Assembly: GCA_964016885.1 (NCBI GenBank)
Contig: OZ024743.1
Coordinates: 68,262,001-68,326,000, forward strand
Direction: 5' to 3'
Origin: Eledone cirrhosa
Taxonomy: Eukaryota
DNA: 64,000 bases
Of this stretch, positions 54,457 to 64,000 are shown piece after piece. The position numbers and the translations under genes were made by a program. The notes below the pieces were generated by a model, which was not told the origin of the DNA, made no database searches, and saw nothing but the letters and a program-made list of their open reading frames with translations. Each line of letters opens with the position of its first letter. Within the stretch, counting starts at the first letter, position 1.

Positions 54457-54724
54457 GTGTGTATGTGTGTCAAATTTAATTTCATTTATCTGGGCATAAC
54501 TTTTGTAAGGCGTGCAAATTTCAGGCAAAATTCTGGCTTTGTTCAAATTATCTTCAGATCGAATTTTAAATTCTTAGTTCACAGAAAATATTCAGGATAT
54601 ACCATTATATCGACAGCTACACAGTATTTTAGCCGTTGTTTGAAATGGTCCCAATTAGGTTCTCACAGAATCAGGGAATGTGTGGGAAACAATGGGAATT
54701 ACCAATCATTTTTTGGTTTAGAAT

Positions 54725-56160
54725 TTATTCATCTATATGTTGTTTATACTTTAGTTGTGGTCAAGGTATCTGCAATGTTTCGTTTTTCGTTCTGTTGTAG
54801 AAATAGGAATTCATTATACTAATTAGTTCTTGACATTTCTACAACAAATGAACAACTAAACCATTATATTCTACTTAACCACAGAATAACAATACCTAAA
54901 CTATTACATTCTACTTAACCACAGAATAACAACAACTAAACTATTACATTCTACTTAACCACAGAAAACAAGACCTACACTATTACATTCAACTTAACCA
55001 CAGAATAACAACAACTGAACCATTACATTCTACTTAACCACAGAATAACAACAACTAAACCATTACATTCTACTTAACCACAGAATAACAACAACTAAAC
55101 CATTACATTCTATTAACCACAGAATAACAACAACTAAACCATTACATTAACCACAGAATAACAACAACTAAACTATTACATTCTACTTAACCACAGAATA
55201 ACAACAACTAAACTATTACATTCTACTTAACCACAGAATAACACAGAATGTATTCATCTATATGTTGTTTATACTTTAGTTGTGGTCAAGGTATCTGCAA
55301 TGTTTCGGTTTTCGTTCTGTTGTAGAAATAGGAAATCATTATACTAATTAGTTCTTGACATTTCTACAACAAATGAACAACTAAACCATTACATTCTACT
55401 TAACCACAGAATAACAAGACCTAAACCATTACATTCTACTTAACCACAGAATAACAACAACTAAACAATTACATTCTACTTAACCACAGAATAACAACAA
55501 CTAAACCATTACATTCTATTAACCACAGAATAACAACAACTAAACTATTACATTCTACTTAACCACAGAATAACAACAACTAAACCATTACATTCTATTA
55601 ACCACAGAATAACAACAACTAAACTATTACATTCTACTTAACCACAGAATAACAACAACTAAACCATTACATTCTATTAACCACAGAATAACAACAACTA
55701 AACTATTACATTCTTCTTAACCACAGAATAACAACAACTAAACTATTACATTCTTCTTAACCACAGAATAACAACAACTAAACTATTACATTCTACTTAA
55801 CCACAGAATAACAACAACTAAACCATTACATTCTATTAACCACAGAATAACAACAACTAAACTATTACATTCTTCTTAACCACAGAATAACAACAACTAA
55901 ACTATTACATTCTACTTAACCACAGAATAACAACAACTGAACCATTACATTCTACTTAACCACAGAATAACCACAACTAAACCATTACATTCAACTTAAC
56001 GACAGAATAACAACTAAACGATCACATTCTACTTAACCACGGAATAACAAGAACTAAACCATTACATTCTACTTAACCACAGAATAACAACTAAACCATT
56101 ACACCTAACTTAACCACAGAATAACAAGATCTACATCATTACATTCCACTTCATCACAAC
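54725..56160. repeat. 40-bp minisatellite (CATTACATTCTACTTAACCACAGAATAACAACAACTAAAC)n in two arrays, each preceded by the same ~130-bp spacer
   Basis: The 40-bp period is visible at 55021/55061. The spacer is repeated at ~54725 and ~55250. Confidence 0.93.
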
Positions 56161-56494
56161 CACAGAATTAATAGGGAGATAAAGGCAGAAGTATATGCTC
56201 CATAGCAGTTATCGTTATTTTTATATTTACGATCTATAAAACAATGTGTTTATGTTAGTGACACTTTATAGCTAATATTTCCGACCGTATTGTTTACATG
56301 TATACAAATCGATAAAATACATAAAGGTGCTCTCACAACATGACCACAGTCCAAAGATTGAAACCAATAAAAGAATAGAAGTATACGATTATATCGGGGA
56401 AATATACTTCAGGTTACTCAATAAAAGAACCTAGAGTTTTATATGTGTACATGATTTCTAAGCACAATGCCTAGAATGTGTGGTAAGTGAGGTC

Positions 56495-56640
56495 GATTAT
56501 GTTCATCTCAGTATTTTCACTGGCACTTTATTTTATCGACACCGGATGTATATCAGGCAAAGGTGACCTCAGTGGGATTTGAACTGAGAACATAGAAAGT
56601 GGTAACTAAATACTGTACGTTCTAACGACTCTACCAAACC
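56495..56640 (-). mobile_element. Degenerate tRNA-derived SINE (main family)
   Basis: ACTTTATTTTATCGAC...GGCAAAGGTGACCTC.G.GGGATTTGAACT. Confidence 0.6.
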
Positions 56641-56978
56641 GGCATTTTCATAATTGTGTAGATGGCGACAGCGCAGACTCGTTATGGTGACTTGTGGTAT
56701 TTGTTCCGGGAAACAGCACTCTGAATTCAAAAACGGTCGATGTCAGCTTTGCCTTGCATATTGCCAATGCCGATATATAAATGTCAGGTCAGAACAGTGC
56801 AGTTGATTAACGGAGTAGTTATAGCGTTGGAAAGGATTATTTGCCATATAATTTCCGTTTTGTAGATTATGGAACTTGGTCCCAAACACTACACTAGCCA
56901 ATGAAACTTCTGTGCGATTAAGTCACATGGAAGTCAGACTTAAACAACGCTCTGTGTTTTAACGACACTATAAACAAC

Positions 56979-57033
<55 letters not shown>

Positions 57034-57149
57034 CATATATATATATATATATACATGTATATATATATAGAGAGAGAGAGACAGAACGAGAGAGTGAGAG
57101 AAGTGTATATATACATGTCTGTATCTGTGTGTACCTGTTTCTATGTGTG

Positions 57150-57199
<50 letters not shown>

Positions 57200-57330
57200 A
57201 AAGTTCTATTTAAAGTTGTTGGGATACAACAAGTAAATATTTTTATAACTGATATAAAGCACTCGACAAATTTTTGGAGTAGATATACGATATTAATAAA
57301 TGGAAACTATATTTATAAAACCATATTTAT

Positions 57331-57389
57331 TTCATTATACACATTTCAGGGATACCACATTAAATTATGGTATGCCTTCATCAGACAAA
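57331..57389 (-). ncRNA. Type I hammerhead
   Basis: Minus strand: TTTGT-CTGATGA-AGGCATACCATA ATTTAA TGTGGTATCCCT-GAAA-TGTGTA-TA-ATGAA. Confidence 0.72.
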
Positions 57390-58258
57390 TTACAATATAT
57401 AACAGTTTTACAAATAGGTTTGACGTACCCTTTAAAATACAACCATTACTTTTGGAGGCTGTCTGGATAGTGATTTGTTTTATAGAATAAGTCATAGTGT
57501 TAAGCACAATTAGAAAAAGACGGAGAGAAAGAAAGAGAAAAGAACAAAGACAGAGAGTGAGAAAGAAAAGAGAAAGAAAACGTTAATTTCTATTTTCAGG
57601 AGGTGCGTATCTATATGTATGTATATATACATCTATATTTGTATGTCTTTGCATAAAATACTAATCTCTATAGCAAGGGTACATTTTGAACTCAGATTTT
57701 GGTATATTGATCTCAAGTTTCTAAACTAAACATATGGTCATTATTGAACAATGTTTAATTTCTCATAATATATATCTATGTCCCATTCATGAATATTGAT
57801 ACTTATATTTATATTTTTATTATTCATTTCATATAAATTGTTAACTCAACTTAATATGACATGACGTAAAGTTGTCACTGTCCCCCTCTCTCTATATAGT
57901 ATTTCTCTCTCTTGAGTTTCTCTTTCTGTATGGTGACTTGATATCTCTCTGTTGCTTTCCTCTGTTTTTCTTATTCCTTCCTTTTCTTTCTTTTTTGTTT
58001 CCTCCTATCTTTATCTATCTCTTTCTTTTCTCCATACATTTCTCTCTCTCTCCAATATTTCTCCAGGTTTTCTTTCTCTTCTCTTTCTCTCTCTCTGACT
58101 TTGTTCTTTTCTCTTTCTTTCTCTCCGTCTTTTTCTAATTGTGCTGAACACTATGACTTATTATATAAACAAATCACTATCCAGGCAGCCTCCAAAAGTA
58201 ATGGTTGTATTTTAAAGGGTACGTCAAACCTATTTGTAAAACTGTTATATATTACATA

Positions 58259-58315
58259 TTGTCTGATGAAGGCATACCATAATTTAATGTGGTATCCCTG
58301 AAATATGTATAATGA
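58259..58315 (+). ncRNA. Type I hammerhead
   Basis: TTGT-CTGATGA-AGG C ATACCATA ATTTAA TGTGGTAT C CCT-GAAA-TATGTA-TA-ATGA. Stem I is weak (G-U pairs). Confidence 0.75.
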
Positions 58316-58359
58316 AATAAATATGGTTTTATAAATATAGTTTCCATTTATTATTATCG

Positions 58360-58399
<40 letters not shown>

Positions 58400-58450
58400 A
58401 TATATACGATAATAATAAATTGAAACTATATTTATAAAACCATATTTATT

Positions 58451-58507
58451 TCATTATACATATTTCAGGGATCCCACATTAAATTATGGTATGCCTTCAT
58501 CAGACAA
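58451..58507 (-). ncRNA. Type I hammerhead (inverted copy)
   Basis: Reverse complement of 58259-58315 with one stem II substitution. Confidence 0.72.
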
Positions 58508-58755
58508 TATATAATATATAACAGTTTTACAAATAGGTTTGACGTACCCTTTAAAATACAACCATTACTTTTGGAGGCTGCCTGGATAGTGATTTGTTTA
58601 TATAATAAGTCATAGTGTTCAGCACAATTAGAAAAAGACGGAGAGAAAGAAAGAGAAAAGAACAAAGTCAGAGAGAGAGAAAGAGAAGAGAAAGAAAACC
58701 TGGAGAAATATTGGAGAGAGAGAGAAATGTATGGAGAAAAGAAAGAGATAGATAA

Positions 58756-58842
<87 letters not shown>

Positions 58843-58847
<5 letters not shown>

Positions 58848-59402
58848 GGTATATATTGAGTTAGGAACTCAAAATAGTCTCTTACAACAAAATAGCTCTA
58901 AGAAAGAGATATTTCTGAGCCGTATATTATAATAGAATATAAAAGAAAAGCGAACACAGATATATAGATATATATATATGTGCAAATCGTAAGGGACCTG
59001 ATTCGCTAAGGTGAAAAGAATACTAACTATAGACAATTGGGTTTGCTTGTCTCAATTTAAGAAAATAAATACAAACCGGAATCGTGGTAACTACCAATCA
59101 CCCAGACGACTTGTTGTTGTTTCTCAAAATTAATTGTGAATAGAAATACTAATCCAAGCTCATCAGTGGGTGGTGAATTAGTATCCTAGACACATCCATG
59201 TATGCTATATATAAAAAATAATAAAACAGCGCACATGGCATCCTAGCGAGTCTCACAACCCCACACCACTAGAAATAGCAGCCAGGCTTACCCAATTGTC
59301 TATAGTTAGTATACTTTTCACCTTGGCGAATCAGGTCCCTTACAATTTGAACACATATCTATATATCTGTGTTCGCTTTTCTTTTTTATTCTATTACAAT
59401 AT
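58843..59402 (-). mobile_element. Fold-back element (~120-bp arms, 58923-59042 / 59290-59402) with left tail and internal hammerhead
   Basis: Arms AAAAGCGAACACAGATATATAG...CTATAGACAATTGGGT and its reverse complement. Confidence 0.8.
59099..59172 (-). ncRNA. Type I hammerhead, partly degenerate stem II
   Basis: Minus strand: CACCCA-CTGATGA-GCTTGGATTAGT...ATTAATTTTGA-GAAA-CAAC AACAA GTCG-TC-TGGGTG. Confidence 0.7.
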
Positions 59403-59410
59403 ATATATAC

Positions 59411-59554
<144 letters not shown>

Positions 59555-59604
59555 TTATACATATAAAAAACAAACAGAAATAACAAAGGAGAATACATAT
59601 GTAT

Positions 59605-59833
59605 ATATCATAAAGAAGAGAAACAGTTTTAGTGCACATCCTCCATTTATTATATTATCCTGGATTATATAATAAATGGATGATATACACTTAAAACCTC
59701 CTCTCCTCTTTATGATATTAACACTCCATATTATACTTTATTGATATTGCTTTAAAGAACTGACGTCGTGGAGTGCTTTACGTCTATTTTCAACTGCATT
59801 CGGGTAATTGAACAACCAACGTTTCTTCTCGTA

Positions 59834-59838
<5 letters not shown>
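59605..59838. mobile_element. Small hairpin (59605-59717) plus tail element
   Basis: ATATCATAAAGA.GAG...TCCATTTATTATA / TATAATAAATGGA...CTC.TCTTTATGATAT. Confidence 0.55.
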
Positions 59839-59891
<53 letters not shown>

Positions 59892-59906
59892 CCCCACACA
59901 CCCACG

Positions 59907-59961
<55 letters not shown>

Positions 59962-60225
59962 GAAAAGTATAGAAATTGTTGTAGCGAGAAGCTAACAGTA
60001 TTCCATAATATATAAGTGACTATAGCGTCAAAATGGGAAAATAGTTAACATAAGATGTTGAAAAAATAATTCAAACTCAATTCCAAAAGAATCAAGATAT
60101 AGATTTATCCAACAGAATTTAGAGAAATCCAGGGAAAAATCAATGGAGCCTTAACTCATGATAAAACAAAGTCTAAAGTACTCATCCTTCAATTTGGGAC
60201 AACTTCATATATATATATATATATA

Positions 60226-60660
60226 AAACATGAGAAGAAAAAATACTGCATGGTTGCACATGGGTTACATATGTTAAAAATAGTCCTTCGTCAGTGATTT
60301 TCCAACCTTCATTGGTATTTCATCGCTTTAAAAATCATATACCTCCGGTTGGTGCGAGCAATAGCTAAATAAAGCTACTGGAACAAGTAAATCGCGTAAA
60401 GCGAGCGAGACAGTAAACAACAAGGAAGGATAGCAACGCAAAGATAGGAAAAAATAAGCAGCATGGGGATCCGGTCAGCTTAAGCTGTGTGGATTTCATG
60501 AGCGAGGGAAATACAGACCGTCCGACGTGAGTGAGATGTGTGCAAGAGGAGAACCCACTACAGCTCAAACAGGAAGAAGTGAGAAGGGGAGAAACAGAGA
60601 GTGATTGAGTGGAAGTGAGAGGAAGAGGCCAGTCGAGAGAAAGTGTAACTGACAGAGGAT
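60226..60660 (-). mobile_element. Family A element, second copy
   Basis: The reverse complement aligns with 5895-6335. Confidence 0.8.
60288..60352 (-). ncRNA. Putative permuted hammerhead with Kt-7-like kink-turn (family A, copy 2)
   Basis: Minus strand: CCAACC-GGA-GGTA-TA-TGATTTT-TAAAGCGAT-GAAA-TACC-AAT-GAA-GGTTGG-AAAATCA-CTGACGA. Confidence 0.62.
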
Positions 60661-61161
60661 ATATATATATATATATATATTTGTAATGGTATATATATAA
60701 ATATATAAGGAACGATCGACTTTCGTCAAATCGGACCGAGGGAACAATGTTTCCGTTGGTCATTCCAATTGCTAATACTATCTATCGGTCGCAACTCCAG
60801 GTAGAAGGAGCAACGTGAAATAAAGTGTCTTGCTCAAGGACATAATGCATCGCCTGGTCCAGGAATCGAACTCACAACCTCACGATTGCGAATCCAATTC
60901 TCTAACCGCTCAGCCATATATATATATTTGTAATGGTGCACCAACGTAGCGATATATATGTAAATCGTAATGTCTGAGCTGTCGGATCTCTTCTCTACCT
61001 CCCATACCTACCGTCGAATTCTAGTGGTGTTTTCCTAGCTAATTAGATGAAGCCAACTTTCCTTTTATTGAGGATGGATCTGCCCATAGATGAGATCAAT
61101 GCCTTGTTCAATATCACTGGAGATATTGAGGCATAGTAGTAAGAAATGTGTTGTTGGACGA

Positions 61162-62365
<1,204 letters not shown>

Positions 62366-62368
62366 ATT

Positions 62369-62468
<100 letters not shown>

Positions 62469-62766
62469 AGTGTGTGTGTTTGTGTATAAATATATATATT
62501 TATATACAAAATACAGAAGTATATATATATATATATATATTTATTTATATATATATATATATATATGTAGATAAATCTACCAAGAGTTTACGGTAGTGTC
62601 CAATCCGTATGAAGAACTCAATGTAATCCGGATATCATGGAAAGAAGAGATGCAATGAAAAATCACTTTCGGTGAAAGATAAACGGAATACAGAGTCAAG
62701 ATAAAATATAAAAAAAATAATGAATAAAACAATGAAACAGTTCCTTATATTAAACAAAAAAAGTTC

Positions 62767-62914
62767 ATTATTTAACGATCGTTTCTGGAATATATATGTG
62801 TTAGAATTGGCATGTATATTTAACAGATCTATGTACAAAATTATACAAAATTATACAAACTATCAAAATTAAATATACATACCAACTCATATATATGCCG
62901 TCTTCAGAAATAAT
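62767..62914 (-). ncRNA. Type I hammerhead with ~115-nt stem II domain
   Basis: Minus strand: ATTATTT-CTGAAGA-CGGCATATATATG AGTTGGTATGTATATT...AATATACATGCCAATT...CATATATATTCCA-GAAA-CGATCG-TT-AAATAAT, within the element at 62566-62915. Confidence 0.78.
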
Positions 62915-62946
62915 AATTTTTTTTAATATTTTTAATATTTTTTTAA

Positions 62947-62985
<39 letters not shown>

Positions 62986-63174
62986 TATGTGGACACAAAC
63001 GAAAGTAATTGTACGGAGCATATATATTCGAGAAGAGTGTGTATACGTTTATATGGGCGCACGTGTTTATCTGTTTTTAATAACGTGAATTACATATCCA
63101 TGTACATAAGGTCTCATATAATCAGATTTACATGAGCTTTTACTACTCATTACAGATTTGACAGAAATAATAAT

Positions 63175-63313
63175 TGTTTCTACTTTAGGCACAAGGCCAG
63201 CAATTAACCAGTGCATTACTGGTACTTTATTTTATCGACCCCGTAAGGATGAAAGGCAAAGTCAACCTCGGCGGGATTTGAACTCAGATCGTAAAGGGAC
63301 GTAACTATGCTAG
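63175..63313 (-). mobile_element. tRNA-derived SINE (main family), 5'-truncated
   Basis: Near-exact reverse complement of 8693-8833. Confidence 0.85.
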
Positions 63314-64000
63314 AATAATAATGAGTTACACAATACCGAAACTACTACAGAGATAACTCTAACAACAAATGATCGTTATAAAAACATTTTAAAAATAAAT
63401 GTAACATTGTACAATCTATCATAACACATCAGAATGGAAAGTAATCTATGTCGAATATTTCCTTTTCGTATCAAAACCCATTTCCAGAAACGACTAAATA
63501 AAATAAAACCACATAACGGAAAGCTGAAAACTAAACCAAGATATTGCTTATTGTTTTATATTTCTTCTTCTTTCTTAGCAAGAAATATTTCTTGAGCTGC
63601 TATAATTTCCAGCAGCTGTTCGATGAGAGAAATCCAAAGGTTTTTTACTGAAAGTGTCAAGTCTTATCTACAAACATATCAAGGGATACAAACGGTCGGC
63701 ATGCAATTTTCGAAATATGGGGTTATGTTCCATTGTAAAATAACGTTTTTTATGGGGTTTTTTTTGCAAAATACATTATCTACCGTGTTGACGTAATTAT
63801 AGATAATACCATATAAGTTTGCCAGATCAATTCCAATATAAAACCTAACCAACCATTTTCAGAACGTAATGGTGGTTGTTGGAATGCATCACGAATTTAA
63901 CATTTTCATGCAAATTATATATATATATCTGTGCCTGTGTTGGTGTGGGAATATATAAATATATATGTATATATATATATTGTTATACTTTGGGAGGGTC

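Larger units (their letters stand above)
57200..58760. mobile_element. Three partial copies of one hammerhead-bearing element (57200-57580 minus, ~57870-58360 plus, 58405-58760 minus)
   Basis: The ~300-bp segment ACGAT.ATAATAAAT.GAAAC...GGAGAGAAAGAAAGAG is repeated. The last two copies form a palindrome around (TA)n. Confidence 0.85.

Noticed and set aside
54852-56160. Regular 40-bp repeats resembling a CRISPR array
   Set aside because: The monomers are contiguous with no unique spacers, there are no cas genes and the context is eukaryotic.

Overview
AT-rich eukaryotic intergenic or intronic DNA, dense in (TA)n, (CA)n, (TACA)n and (ATT)n microsatellites. The repeat repertoire looks cephalopod (octopus-like); this is an inference. 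No host protein-coding gene is recognisable, and most short ORFs in the track are translated simple repeats. Coding remnants are all transposon-derived: three full-length or near full-length Tx1-like (L1-clade) LINEs plus a 3' fragment, several R4/Dong-type RLE retrotransposon fragments, an RTE fragment, a decayed hAT transposase and a small Penelope-type GIY-YIG remnant. tRNA-derived SINEs are also scattered through the window. The main unexplained signal is a set of about ten families of short non-coding elements, mostly in (TA)n, built as partial tandems or fold-back hairpins with a one-sided tail. Most carry a hammerhead ribozyme (HHR) motif, as in Penelope-like-element pLTRs and retrozymes. 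Two related families carry a hammerhead with its three core strands in a non-circularly permuted order. It is supported by covariation in three helices, contains a kink-turn and has no Watson-Crick stem II. Another family has a U3-A8 compensatory core. All ribozyme calls were made by manual inspection and none has been tested for cleavage.
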